Assembly: GCF_009914755.1 (NCBI RefSeq)
Contig: NC_060938.1
Direction: 5' to 3' (one strand)
Source: the human T2T-CHM13v2.0 reference genome, Homo sapiens
Length of the DNA stretch: 64,000 bases
The notes beneath the pieces were generated by a model, which worked only from the letters and a program-made list of their open reading frames with translations, searched no databases and had not been told where the DNA came from. Positions 34,401-48,754 of the stretch are shown here, piece after piece (position 1 is the stretch's first letter; the number at the start of each line of letters is the position of its first letter). Made by a program: the position numbers and the translations under genes.

Positions 34401-37400
34401 AATATCTTCAAATAGAAACTACACAGAAACATTTTGAGAAACTTCTGTGTGAAGTGTGCATTCATCTCACAGAGTTGAACTTTTGTTTTGATTGAGAAGT
34501 TTTGAAACATTCTTTTTGTAGAATCTGCAAGTGGATATTTGGAGTGCTTTGAGGCCTATTGTGGAAAATGAAATATCTTCACATAAAAACTACACAGAAG
34601 CATTCTGAGAAACTTCTTTGTGATGTGTGCATTCAACTCGCAGAGTTGAACCTATCTTTTGATTGAGCAGCTTTGAATCTCTGTTTTTCTAGAATCTGCA
34701 AGTGGATATTTGGAGCCCGTTGTGGCCTATGGACGATAAGGAAATATCTTCTACTAAACACTACAGAGACCCATACTGAGAAACTTCTTCGTGATATGTG
34801 CCTTCATATCAGAGATTTGAACCTATCTTATGACTGAGCAGATTTGAAACACTTGCTTTGTAGAATCTGCAAGTGGATATTTGGAGCGCTTTGAGGCCGC
34901 CTGTGGAAAAGCAAATATCTTCACATTAAAATTATATGGAAGTATTCTGAGAAACTTCTTCATGAGGTGTGCATTCATCTCACAGAGGTGAAACTTTCTT
35001 TTGATTGGACAGTTTTGAAACACTGTTTTCGTAAAACCTACAAGTGGATATTAGAGCACTTTGAGGCCTACTGTGGAAAAGCAAATATCTTCACATAAAA
35101 ACTACACAGAAGCATTCTGACTAATTTCTTTGTGATGTGTGCATTCATCTCACAGAGTTGAACATTTCCCTTGAATGAGCAGTTTTGAAACCTTTTTTTG
35201 TAGAATCTGCAAGTGGATATTTGGAAAGCTTTGAGGTCTATTGTGGAAAACGAAGTATCTACACATAAAAACTGCACAGAAGCATTCTGAGAAACTTCTT
35301 TGTGATGTGTGCATTCATCTCACAGAGTTGAACCTATCTTATGATTCAGCAGTTTTGAAACACTGTTTTTGTTGAATCTGCAAGTGGATATTTGGAGTGC
35401 TTTGAGGCCATCTGTGGAAAAGCAAGTATCGTCGGATAAAAACTACACAGAATCCTTCTGATAAATATCTTTGTGATGTGTGCACTCATCTCACAGAGTT
35501 GAACCTATCTTATGATTGATCAGTTTTGAAACATTCTTTTTGTAGAATCTGCAAGTGGATAATTGGAGCACTTTCAAGCCTATTGTGGAAAAGGAAATAT
35601 CTTAACATAAAAACTACACAGAAGCATTCTGAGAAACTTCTTTGGGATGTGTGCATTCATCTCACGGAATTGAGCCTATCTTATGATTTAGCACTTTTGA
35701 AACACTCTCTTTGTAGAATCTGCAAGTGGATATTTGGAGCATTTTGAGGCTTTTTGGGGAAAAGGAAATACCTTCACATAAAAACTACACAGAAGCATAC
35801 TGAGAAACTTCTTTGTGATGAGTGCATTCGTCTCACAGATTTCAACATACCTTCTGATTGAGCAGTTTTGAATCTCTCTTTCTGTAAAATCTGCAAGTGG
35901 ATATTTTGAGCCCTTTGTGCCCTATGGTGGAAAAGGAAATATCTTCACATAGAAACTTCACAGAAGCATTCTGAGAAACTTCTTTGGTTGTGTGCATTCA
36001 ACTCAAAGTGTTGAAATTATGTTTTGCTTGAGCAGTTCTGCATCTCTCTTTTTGTAGAATCTGCAATTGGATATTTGGAGCCCTTTGTGGCGTATGGAGA
36101 AAAAGGAAATATCTTCAAATAAAAACTACACAAAGCATTCTGAGAAACCTCTTTGCGATGTGTGCTTTCATCTCACAGATTTGAGCTTATGATAGAGAAG
36201 TTTTGAAACACTCACTTTTTAGAAGCTGTAAGTGGATAATTGGAGTGCTTTAAGGCCTAATGTGGATAAGGAAATATCTTCACATGAAAACTACACAGAA
36301 CCATTCTGAGAAACTTCTTTGTGATGTGTACATTCATCTCAAAGAGGTGAACCTGTCTTTTGATTGCGCAGTTTTGACTCTACCTTTTGGTAGATTGTGC
36401 AACTGAATATTTGGAGACTTTTGCACCCTATGGAGGAAAAGGAAATATCTTCAAATAAAAACTTCGCAGAAGCATTCTGAGAAACTTCTTTGTGATGAGT
36501 GCATTCATCAGACGGAGTTGAACACTTCTTTTGATGAAGCAGTTTCAAAACAGTCTTGTTGAAGAATCTGCAAGTGCATATTTGGAGCACTTTGGGGTCT
36601 ACTTTGGAATAGCAAATATCTTCGCATAAAAAATACACAGAAGCCTTCTCAGAAACTTCTTAGTGATGTGGGCATTCATCTCACAGAGTTGAACTTTTCT
36701 TTTGATAGAGCAGTTTTGAAAAACTCTTTTTGTAGAATCTGCAAGTGAATATATGGAGCGCTTTCATGCCTATTGTGGAAAAGGAAATATCTTCACATAA
36801 AAACTATGCAAAAGCATTCTGAGAAAGTTCTGTGTGATGTGTGCATTCATCTTATGGAGTTGAACCTATCCTTTGATTGAGCAGTTTTGAATCTCTCTGT
36901 TTCTAGAATCTGCAAGTGGATATCTGGAGCCCTTTGCAGCCTAGGGTGGAAAAGGAAATATCTTCAAATAAAAACTACACAGAAGCATTCTGAGAAACTT
37001 GTTTGTGATGTATGCATTCATTTCACAGAATTGATCCTATCTTATGACTGAGCAGTTTTGAAACACTCTTTTTGTTGAATCTGCAAGTGGATATTTGGAG
37101 CACTTTGAAGCCCATTGTGTAAAGGGAAATATCTTCACATAAAAACTACACAGAAGCATTCTGAGAAACTTCTTTGTGATGTGTGCATTCATCTCACAGA
37201 GTTGAACCTATCTTATGATTTAGCAGTTTGGAAACACTCTCTTTGTAGAATCTGCAACTGGATATTTGGAGCATTTTGAGGCCAACTGTGGAAAAGCAAA
37301 TATCTTCACATAAAAACTACAAAGAAGCATTCTGATAATCTTCTTTGTGATGTGTGCATTCATCTCACAGAGTTGAACCTTTCTTTTGATTGAGCAATTT

Positions 37401-40400
37401 TGCAACACACTTTTTGTAGAATCTGCAAGTGGATATGTGGAGGCCTTTGAGGTCTCCTGTGTAAAAGGAAATATCTTCACATAAGAACTACACAGACGCA
37501 TTCTGAGAAACATCTTTGTGATGTGTGCATTCAACTCACAGAGTTGAACCTGTTTTTTGATTGAGGAGTTTTGAATTTCTCTTTTTGCAGAATCTGCAAG
37601 TGGATATTTGGAGCCCTTTGCTGCCTATTTTGGAAAAGGAAATATCTTCAAATAAAAACTACACAGAAACATTCTGAGAAACATCTTTGTTATGTCAGCA
37701 TTCATCTCACAGAGTTGAATCTATCTTATGATTGAGCAGTTTTTTGAAACTCTGTTTTTGTAGAATCAGCAAATGGATATTTTGAGTGCTTTGTGGCCCA
37801 TTGTGGAAAAGGAAATATCTTCACATAAAAACTACACAGAAGCATTCTGAGAAACTCCTTTGTGATGCGTACATTCATCTCAAATAGTTGAACATTTCTT
37901 TCAATTTAGCAGTTATGAAACACTGTTTTTGTAGAATCTGCAAGTGGATATTTGGAGCACTTTGAGGCCTATTGTGGAAAAACCAGTATCTTCATATAAA
38001 AACTACACAGAAGCATTCTGAGAAACTGCTTTGTGATGTGTGAAGTCATCTCCTAGAATTGAACCTTTCTTTTGCTTGAACAGCTTTGGAACACTCTTTT
38101 TGTAGGATCTGCAAGTGGATATTTGCGGTGCTTTGAGGACTATTTAGGAAAAGAAAATGTCTTCACATAAAAACTACACAGAAGCATCCTGAGAAACTTC
38201 TAGGCGATGTTTGCATTCATCTCACAGAGTTGAACCTTTCTTTTGACTGAGCAGTTTGGAAACACTCTTTTTGTAGAATCTGCTAGTGGATATTTAGAGA
38301 GTTTGGGGCCTATAGTGGAAAAGGTAATATCTTCCAAAGAAAACTACACAGAAGCATTCTGAGAAAATTCTTCGTGCTGTGTGCATTCAACTAGGAGAGT
38401 TGAACCTATCTTTCGATTGTGCAGTTTTCAATCTCTCTTATTGTAGAATCTGCAAGGGGATATTTGGAGCCCTTTGCAGCCTGTGGTGGAAAAGGAAATA
38501 ATTTCACATAAAAACTGCACAGAAAAATTCTGAGAAACTTCTTTGTGATGTGTGCATTCATTTCACAGAGTTGAATGTTTATTTTGATTGAGCGGTTTTG
38601 AAACACTGCTTTTGAAGAATCTGCAAGTGGATATTTGGAGCGGTTTGAGGGCTACTGTGGAAAAGCAATATCTTCACATGAAAACTACACAGAAGCATTC
38701 TGAGAAACTTCTTTGTGATGTGTGCATTCATCTCACAGAGTTGAACCTTTCTTTTGATGGAGCAGTTTTGAATCTCTCTTTTTGTAGAATCTGCAGGTGG
38801 ATATTTTGAGCCCTTTGCAGCCTATGCAGGAAAAGGAAATATCTAAAAATAAAAACAACACAGATGCATTCTGAGAAACTTCTTTGTTATGTGTGCATTC
38901 ATCTCACTGTGTGGAACCTATCTTATGATTGAGCAGTTTTGAAACACTCTCTTTGTAGAATCTGCAAGTGGATATTTGGAGCACTTTGAGGCCTATTGTG
39001 GAAAAGGAAATATCTTCATATAAAAACTACACAGAAGCATTCTCAGAAACTTCTTTGTGATGTGTGCATTCATCTCACAGAGTTGAATTTTTATTTGATT
39101 GAGCACTTTTGAAACATTGTTTTTGTAGAATCTGCAACTGGATATTTGCAGTGTTTTGAGGCCTACTGCAGAAAAGCAAATATCTTCAAATAAAAACTAC
39201 ACAGAGGCATTCTGAGGAACTTCTTTGTGATAGGCGCATTAATCTCAAAGAGTTGAACCTTTCTTTTGATTGAGAAGTTTTGAAACGCTCTTTTTGTAGT
39301 ATCTGCAAGGGGATATTTGGAGCGCTTTGAGGCCTATTGTGGAAAAGTAAATATCTTCACATAAAAAATACACAGAAGCATTTTGAGAAACTACTTTGTG
39401 ATGTGTGCATTCAACTCATAAGGTTGAACGTATCTTTAGATTGGGCAGTTTTGAATATCTCTGTTTGTGGAATCTGCAAGTGGATATATGTAGCCCTTTG
39501 CAGCCTATGGAGGAAAAGGAAATATCTTCAAATAAAAACTGCACAGACACATTCTGAGAAACTTCTTCGTGATGTGTGCATTCAACTCACAGAGTTGAAT
39601 CTTTCTTTGGTTGAGTAGTTTTGAAATACTCTTTTTGTAGGATGTGCAAGTGGGTATTTTGAGGGCTTTGAAACCTATTGTGGAAAAGGATATATCTTCA
39701 TATAAAAATTACACAGAAGCATTCTGAGACACATCTTTATGATATGTGCATTCAACTCACATAGTTAAATCTATCTTTTGATTGAGCAGTTTTGAATCTC
39801 TCTTTTTGTAGAATCTGCAAGTGGATATTAGGAGCCCTTTGTGGCCCTTGTGATAAAGGAAATATCTTCACAAAAAAACTACACAGAAGCATTCTGAGAA
39901 ACTACTTTGTGATGAGTCCATTCACCACACAGAGTTGAAAATTTCTTTGACTGAACAGTTATGAAACACACTTTTTGTACAGTCTGCAAGTGGATATCTG
40001 GAGGGCTTTGAGGCCTATTTTGGAACAGGAATTATCTTCCCATAAAAACTACACAGAAGCATTCTGAGAAACTTCTTTGTGATGTGTGCATTCATCTCAC
40101 AGAGATGAACCTAGTTTTTCATTAAGCGGTTTTGAAACACTGTTTTTGTGAATCTCTAAGTTGATATTTGGAGCACTTTGAGGCCGACATTGGAAAAGTA
40201 AATATCTTCACATAAAAACTACACATAAACATTCTGAGAAACTTCTTTGTGATGTGGGCATTCATCTCACAGAGTTGAACCTTTCTTTTGATTGAGAAGT
40301 TTTTAATCTCTCTTTCTGTAGAATCTGCAAGGGGATATTTGGAGGGCTTTGAGGCCTGTTGTGGAAAAGTAAATATCTTCACATAAAAACTAAACAGAAA

Positions 40401-43400
40401 CATTCTGAGAAACTTCTTTGTGATGTATGCATTCATCTCACAGAATTGAACTCTTCTTTTGATTGAGCAGTTTGGAAACACGCTTTTTCTAGAATCTGTA
40501 AGTGGATATTTGGAGCTCCTTGAGGCCTATTTTGGAAAAGGATATATCTTCACATAAAAACTACACAGAAGCATTCTGAGAAACTGCATTGTGATGTGTG
40601 CATTCATCTCACAGATTTGAACCTTTTTTTGATTGAGCAGTTTTGAAACACTCTTTTTGTAGAATCTGCAAGTGGATATTTGGAGTGCTTTTAGGTCTAT
40701 TGTGGAAAAGAAAATATCATCACATAAAAACTATAGAGAATCATTCTGTGAAACTTCTTTGCGTTGTGTTTACTCACCTCATGGAGTTGAAGTTTTCTTT
40801 AGATTGAGCAATTTGGAAACACTCTTTTTGTAGAATCTGCAAGTGGATAGTTGGAGTGCTTTTAGGCCTATGGTTGAAAAGGAAATATCTTCACATAAAA
40901 ACTACTCGGAAGCGTTCTGAGAAACTTCTTTGTGATGTGTGCATTCACCTCACAGGGTTGAAACTTTCTTTTGATTGAGCAGTTTTGAAACACTCTTTTT
41001 CTAGAATGTGCAAGTGGATATTTGCAGGGCTTTGTTGACTATTGTGGAAAGGGAAGTATGTTCACATAAAAATTACACAGAAGCATTCTGAGAAATTTCT
41101 TGTGAAGTGTGCATTCACCTCACAGAGTTGAAACTTTCTTTTGATTAAGCATTTTTGAAACACTCTTCTTGTACAATCTGCAAGTGGATATTTGGAGCCC
41201 TTTGAGGCCTATTGTGGAAAAGGAAATATCTTCACATAAAAAGTAATCAGAAGCATTCTGAGAAACTTCTTTGTGATGTATGCATTCATCTCACAGAATT
41301 GAACCCTTCTTTTCATTAGCACTTTGGAAACTCTCTTTTTGTAGAGTCTAGAAGTGGACATTTGGAGCTCTTTGAGGTCTATTGTGGAAAATGAAATATC
41401 TTCACATAAAAACTACACAGAAGCATTCTTAGAAAGTTCTTTGTGATTTGTGCTTTCAACTCACAGAATTGAAACTTTTTTTGATTGAGCAGTTTTGAAA
41501 CACTCTTTTTGTAGAATCTGCAAGTGGATATTAGGAGTGCTTTGAGGCCTATTGTGGAAAAGGAAATATCTTCACATAAAAACTACACAGAATCATTCTG
41601 TGAAACTTCTTTGCGAGGTGTTTACTCATCTCACAGAGTTGAAGTTTTCTTTTGAATGAGCAGTTTGGAAACACTCTTTTTGTAGAATCTGCAAGTGGAT
41701 AGGTGGAGCGATTTGAGGTCTATGGTGTAAAAGGAAATATCTTCACATAAAAACTACATGGAAGCATTCTGAGAAACTTCTTGGTGATGTTGCATTCATC
41801 TCACAGAGTAGAACATTTCTTTTGATTGAGCATTTTTGAAACACAGTTTTTGTAGAATCTGCAAGTGGATATTTGGAGAGCTTTGAGGACTATTGTGGAA
41901 AAGGAAGTATCTTCACAAGAAAAGTACACAGAATCATTCTGGGAAATGTCTTGTGACGTGTGCATTCATCTCACAGAGCGCTTTGAGGCCCATTGTGGAA
42001 AAGGAAATATGTTCACATGAAAACTACACAGAAGCATTCTGAGAAACTTCTTTGTGATTTTTGCATTCATCTCACGGTGTTTTACCATTCTTTTGGTTGA
42101 GCAGTTTGAAAACACTCTTTTAGTAGAATCTAAAAGTGGATATTTAGAGCTCTTTGAGTACTATTGTGGAAATTGAAATATCTTCACATAAAAACTATAC
42201 AGAAGCATTCTGAGAAACTTCTTTGTGATGTGTGCATTCAACTCACAGAGTTCTACCTATCTATTGGTAGAGGATTTTAGAAACTCTCTTTTTGGAGAAT
42301 CTGCAAGTGAATATTTGGAGCCCTTTATGGCCTACTGTGTAAAAGGAAATACCTTCACATAAAAACTACACAGAAGCACTCTGAGAAACTTCTTTGTGAT
42401 GTGCACATTCATCTCACAGATTTGAACCTTTCTTTAGACTGAACAGTTTGGAAACTCTCTTTTAATAGAATAAGCAAGTGGATATTTGAAACACTTTGAG
42501 GCCTAATGTGGAAGAGAAAATATCTTCACATAAAAATGACACAGAAGCATTCTGATAAACTACTTTGTAATGAGTCCATTAATCTCACGAATTTGAACCT
42601 TTCTTTTCTTTGCGCAGTTTGGAAACAATCTTTACAGAATCTGCAGGTGGATATTTGCAGCGCTTTGAGGCAAATTGTGGAAAAGGAAATATCTTCACAT
42701 AAAAACTGCACAGAAGCATTCTGAGAAACTTCTTTATGATGTGTGCATTCAACTCACAGACTTGAACCTTTCTTTTGATTGAACAGTTTTGAAACACTCT
42801 TTTTGTAGATTCTGCAAGTGTATATTTGTAGCCCTTTGAGGCCTACTGTGGAAAAGGAAATATCTTCACATAAAAACTACACAGAAGCATTCTGAGAAAC
42901 TTCTTTGCGATGTGTGCATTCCCCTCAAAGAGTTTAATCTCTCTTTTTATTGAGCACTTTTGAAACCCCCTTTTTGTAGAATCTGCAAGGGGATATTTGG
43001 AGCCCTTTAGGGCCTATTTTGGAAAAGGAAATATCTTCACATAAAAACTACACAAAAGTATTGTGAGAAACTTCTTCATGATGTGTGAATTCGTCTCATA
43101 GAGTTGAACCTTTCTTTTCATTGATCACTTTGGAAACACTCTTTTTGTAACATCTGCAGGTGGATGTTTGGAGCACTTTGTGGTGAATGGTGTAATAGGA
43201 AATATCTTTACATAAAAAGTACGCAGAGGCATTCTGAGACACCTCTTTGAGATGTGTGCATTCAAGTCATCGGGTTGAGCTTATCTTTTTATAGAGCAGT
43301 TTTGAAACTCTATCTTTGCAGATTCTGTAAGTGGATACTTGGTGCGTTGTGCAGCCAAGTGTGAAAAAGGAAATACCTTCACATAAAAACCACACAAAAT

Positions 43401-44495
43401 AATTCTGAGAAACTTCTTTGTGTTGTGTGCATTCATCTCAAAAAGCTGAACCTTTCTTTTGATTAAGCAGTTTTGAAACACTCATTTTGTAGAATGTGCA
43501 AGTCAATGTTTCAAGCACTTTGAGGCCTATTGTGGAAAAGGAAATATCTTCACATAAAAACTACAAAGAAGCATTGTGAGAAACTACTTTGTGACGTGTG
43601 CATTCATCACACAGAGTTGAACCTTTCTTTTTATTGAGCAGTTTGGTAACACTCTTTTTGTAGAATCTCCAAGGGGATATTTTTAGCGCTTTGAGATCTT
43701 TGGCGGAAAAGGAAATATCTTCACATAGAAACTACACAGAAGCATTCTGAGAAACTTATTTGGGATGTGTGCATTCATCTCAGTGAGTTGAATCTATCCT
43801 TTGATTGAGCAGTTTTTAATCACTCTTTTTGTAGAATCTGCAAGTGGATATTTGCAGCCCATTTAGACCTATGGTGGAAAAGGAAACATCCTCACATAAA
43901 AACTACAAAGAAGCATTCTGAGAAACGTCTTTGTAATGTGTGCATTCATCTCACAGAGTTGAACCTTTCTTTTGATTGAGCAATTTCGAAACACTCTTTT
44001 TGTAGAATTTGGACGTGTATATTTGGAGTGCTTTGTGGCCTGTTGTGGAAAAGAAAATATCTTCACATAAACACTAGACAGAAGCATTCTGAGAAACTTC
44101 TTTGTGATGTGTGCATTCATCTCAGAGAGTTGATCTTTCTTTTGATTGACCAATTTGGACACACTCTTTTCTAGAACCTGCAAGTGGATATTTGGAGCGC
44201 TTTGAAGCCTATGGTAGAAAAGGAAATATCTTCACATAAAAACCACACAGACGCAGTCTCAGAAACTTTTTTGTGATGTCTGCATTCGACTCACACAGCT
44301 GAACCTATCTTTTGATTGAGAAGTTTTGATTCTCTCTTTTTGTAAAATCTGCAAGTGGATATTTGCAGACCTTTCTGGCCTATTTTGGAAAAGGAAATAT
44401 CTTCACATAAAAAATAGAAGCATTATGAGAAACTTCTTTGTGATGTGTGCATTCATCTCAAAAAGTTGAACATTTCTTTTGATTGAGTAGTTTCT
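28471..44495 (+). repeat. Alpha satellite, layer 3 (aaaactaCAcagaagcattctgag, ggaTattt, ctattgtgg/ctactgtgg, cctatcttatg, gaatctctc)
   Basis: 171-bp period (29971 to 30142). Diagnostic variants replace the layer-2 variants within about one monomer at ~28.45-28.6 kb. Confidence 0.94.
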
Positions 44496-44873
44496 ATTAT
44501 TATTATACTTTAAGTTTTAGGGTACTTGTGCACATTGTGCAGGTTAGTTACATATGTATACGTGTGCCATGCTGGTGTGCTGCACCCACTAACTCGTCAT
44601 ATAGCATTAGGTATATATCCCAATGCTATCCCTCCCCCCTCCTCCCACCCCACAACAGTCCCCAGAGTGTGATGTTCCCCTTCCTGTGTCCATGTGATCT
44701 CATTTTTCAATTCCCACCTATGAGTGAGAATATGCGGTGTTTGGTTTTTTGTTTTGCGATAGTTTACTGAGAATGATGACTTCCAATTTCATCCATGTCC
44801 CTAAAAAGGATATGAACTCATCATTTTTTATGGCTGCTTAGTATTCCATGGTGCATATAGACTGGATTAAGAA
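44496..44873 (-). mobile_element. Short L1PA2-like insertion (~380 bp) with a ~17-nt 5' inversion and a 15-bp TSD
   Basis: Minus-strand L1 3' end at 44496-44858 (sense gagatcacatgg), then plus-sense atagactggattaagaa at 44857-44873. TSD gattgagtagtttct (44481-44495) versus gatttagcagttttt (44874-44888), followed by AA, giving TTTT/AA. Confidence 0.93.
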
Positions 44874-47800
44874 GATTTAGCAGTTTTTAAAAAATCTTTT
44901 GTAGTGTTTGCAAGGGGATATTTGGAGCGTTTTGGGGCCTATTGTGGAAAAGGAACTATCTTCACATAAAAACTAGACAGAAGCATTCTGAGAAACTTTT
45001 GGTGATCTGTGCATTCAACTCACAGATTTGAACCTTTCTTTTGATTGAACAGTTTTGAAACACTCTTTTTGTAGTATCTGTAAATGGATATTTGAAGCGG
45101 TTTGAGGTCTATCTTGGAAAAGGAAATATCTTCACATATAAACTAGACAGAAGCATTCTGAGAAACTTCTCTGTGATAAGTGCCTTCATCTCACAGAGTT
45201 GAACCTTTCTTTTGATTGAGCAGTTTTGAAACACTCTTTTTGTTGTATATGCAAGTGGCTATTTGGAGCGATTTGTGGTCTGTGGTGGAAAAGGAAATAT
45301 CTTCACATAAAAACTAGACAGAAACACTCTGAGAAACTTCTTTGTGATGTGTGCATTCATCTCACCAAGATGAACCATTCTTTTGATGGAGCTGTTTTGA
45401 AATACTCTTTTTGTAGAATCTGCAAGTGGATATTTGGAGTGCTTTCAGGCCTGTGGTGGAAAAGGAAATATCTTCACATAAAAACTAGACAGAAGTATTC
45501 TGAGAAACTTCTTTGTAATGTGTGCATTCATCTCACAGTGTTGAAACTTTCTTTTGATTGAGGGTTTTGAAACAGTCTTTTTGATGAAACTGCAAGTGGA
45601 TATTTGGAGCGAATTGTGTCCTATGGTTTAAAAGGAAATATCTTCACATAAAAACTAGACAGAAGCCTTCTGAGAAACTTCTTTGTGATGTGTGCGTTCA
45701 TCTCACTGGGTTGAATCTTTCCTTTCATCGAGCAGTATTGAAACACCCTTTTTGTAGAATCTGAAAGTCGATATTTGGAGCGATTGTGTCCTATGGTAGT
45801 AAAGGAAATATTTTCACAGAAAAACTAGACAGAAGCATTCTGCAAAACTTCCTCGTGATGTGTTCACTTATCTCACCAAATTGAACCATTGTTTTCATTG
45901 AGCAGATTTGATACACTCTTTTTGTAGAATGTGCAAGTGAATATTTGGAACTCTTTGATGAGTATGACGGAAAAGGAAATACCTTCACATACAAACTAGA
46001 CAGAAGCATTCTGAGCAACTTCTTTCTGATATGTGCATTCAACTCACTGAGTTGAACCTTTCTTTTGATTCAGCAGTTTTGAAACACGCTTTTTGAAGAA
46101 TCTGTAAGTGGCTATTTGGAGTGCTTAGGGGCCGATGGTGGAATGGAAATATCTCCACATAAAAAACTTGACAGAAGCATTCTGAGAAACTTCTCTGTGA
46201 TGTGTGCATTCATCAGAGAGAGTTTAACCTTTCTTTTGACTGAGCAGTTTTGAAACTCTCTTTTTGTAGAATCTGCAAGTGGACATTTGGAGCCACTTGA
46301 GGCCTATAGTGGAAAAGGGAATATCTTCACATAAAAGCTACACGGAAGCATTCTGAGAAACTTCTTTGTGATGTACAGATTCCTCTCACAGATTTGAAAA
46401 TTTCTTTTGATTGAGCAGTTTTGAAATGTTCTTTTTGGAGAATCGGCCAGTGGATATTTGGAGCGCTTTGAGGACTATGGTGGAAAAGGAAATATCTTCA
46501 CATAAAAACTAGAGGAAACATTCTGAGAAACTTATTTGTGATGTGTGCATTCCTCTCACAGAGTTGAACATTTCTTTTGATTAAGCAGTTTTGAAACACT
46601 CTTTTTGTAGAATCTGCTAGAGGATATTTGGAGCTCTTTGAGGCCTATGGAGGAAAAGGAAATATCTTCACTTAAAAACTAGACAGAAGCATTCTGATAA
46701 ACTTCTTTGTGATGTGTGCATTCATCTCACAGAGTTGAACCTTTCTTTTGATTGAGCTGTTTTGAAACACTCTTTTTGAGGAATCTGCAAGTGGATATTT
46801 AGAGCGCTTTGAGGCGTATGGTGGAAAATGAAACATCTTCACATAAAAACTAGACAGCAGCATTCTGAGAAACTTCTTTGTAATGTGTGCATTCATCTCA
46901 CAGAACTTAACCTTTCTTTTGATTGAGCAGTTTTGAAACACTCTTTTTGTAGAATCTGCAAATGGATATATGGATCATTTTGAGGTCTACAGTGCAAAAG
47001 GGTATATCTTCACATAAAAACTAGACAGAATCTTTCTCAGAAACTTCTTTGTGACGTGTACATTCATCTTACAGTGGTGAACCTTTCTTTTGATTCAGCA
47101 GTTTTCACTCTTTTTGTAGAATTTGCAAGTGGATATTTGGAGAACTTAGGGGCCTATGGTGGAAAAGGAAATATCTCCACATAAAAAATTGACGGAAGCA
47201 TTCTGAGAAACTTCTTTGTTGTGTGCATTCAACTCACAGAGTAGAACCTTTCTTTTGATTTAGCAGTTTTGAAACACTCTTTTTGTAGAATCTGCAAGTG
47301 GATATTTGGAGCCCTTTGTGGCCCACAGTGGAAATGGAAATATCTTCACATAAAAACTAGACAGAAGCATTCTGAGAAAGTTCTTGGTGATGTGTGCATT
47401 CATCTCACAGAGTTAAATTTTTCTTTTGATTGAACAGTTTTGACACACTCCTTTGGAGAATCTGCAAGTGGATATTTGGAGCGCTTTAAGGCCTATTGTG
47501 GAAAAGGAAATATCATCAAATAAAAACTACACAGAAGCATTCTGAGAAATTTCTTTGTGATGTATGCATTCATCTCACAGAGAGGAACTTTCTTTTGATT
47601 GAGCAGTGTTGAAACACTAATTTTGTAGAATCTGCAGGAGGGTATTTGGAGCGCTTTGCTGCATATGGTGTAAAAGGAAGTATCTTCACATAAAAATTGG
47701 ACAGAAGAATTCTGAAAAACTTCTTTGTGATGTGTGCATTCATCTGACAGAGTTGAACCTTTCTTTTGATTGAGCAGTTTTGAAACACTCTTTTTGTAGT

Positions 47801-48443
47801 ATCTGTAAATGGATATTTGAAGCGGTTTGAGGTCTATGGTGGAAAAGGAAATATCTTCACATATAAACTAGACAGAAGCATTCTGAGAAATTTCTCTGTG
47901 ATTTGTGCATTCATCTCACAGAGTTGAACCTTTCTTTTGATCGAGCAGTTTTGAAACACTCTTTTTGTAGAATCTGCAAGTGAATATTTGGAGTGCTTTT
48001 AGGCCTTTGTGGAAAAGCAAATATCTTTGCATCAAAACTAGACAGATGCATTTTGAGAAACTTCTTTGTGATGTGTGCATTCATCTCACAGATTTAAACC
48101 TTTATTTTGATTGAACAGTTTTGAAACACTGTTTTTGGTGAATCTGCAAGTGGATATTTGGAGCGCTTAGAGGCCTATGGTGTAAAACAAATATATTCAA
48201 ATAAAAACTAGACAGAAGCATTCTGAGAAACTTCTCTGTGATGTGTGCACTCATCTCACAGAGTTGAACATTTCTTTTGTTCGAGTAGTTTTGAAACACT
48301 CTTTTTGTACCATCTGCAAGTGTATATTTGGAGCGTTTTGCCTCCTATGGTGCAAAAGGAAATATCTTCACATAAAAACTAGACAGATGCATTCTGAGAA
48401 ACTTCTTTGTGATATGTGCATTCATCTCACAGAGGTGAACTTC
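44874..48443 (+). repeat. Alpha satellite, layer 4 (aaaactaGacagaagcattctgag with ggatattt), terminal block of the array
   Basis: Monomers switch from ctacacag to ctagacag while keeping ggatatt. The array stops mid-monomer at cacagaggtgaactt. Confidence 0.92.
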
Positions 48444-48754
48444 TAGTGCTTTGGACTCATCCAACCCTCAACATTAATTTTAAGAGCTCCTTGATCTTTC
48501 CAGCAGGAGAAAAATGAACATGCAAAGCTCTCAGGCTCATTGTTATAATCCTCTCAAGAATCAGTCTCATTAGCAGACAGCAGAGTCTTGATCCCTTGTT
48601 TCACCAAACTAACCACTTGGCTGAGAGAAGTTGCTGTTAGTCCTAGGGGAACTTCTCATAACCCTTGCAAGCTCTTCAAGTATTTGTGTATTTTCCCCTT
48701 TCAGAAAGTTGTGTTTATCTCAGCATCCCATTGTCATCTCCAAAATTAAATAAT

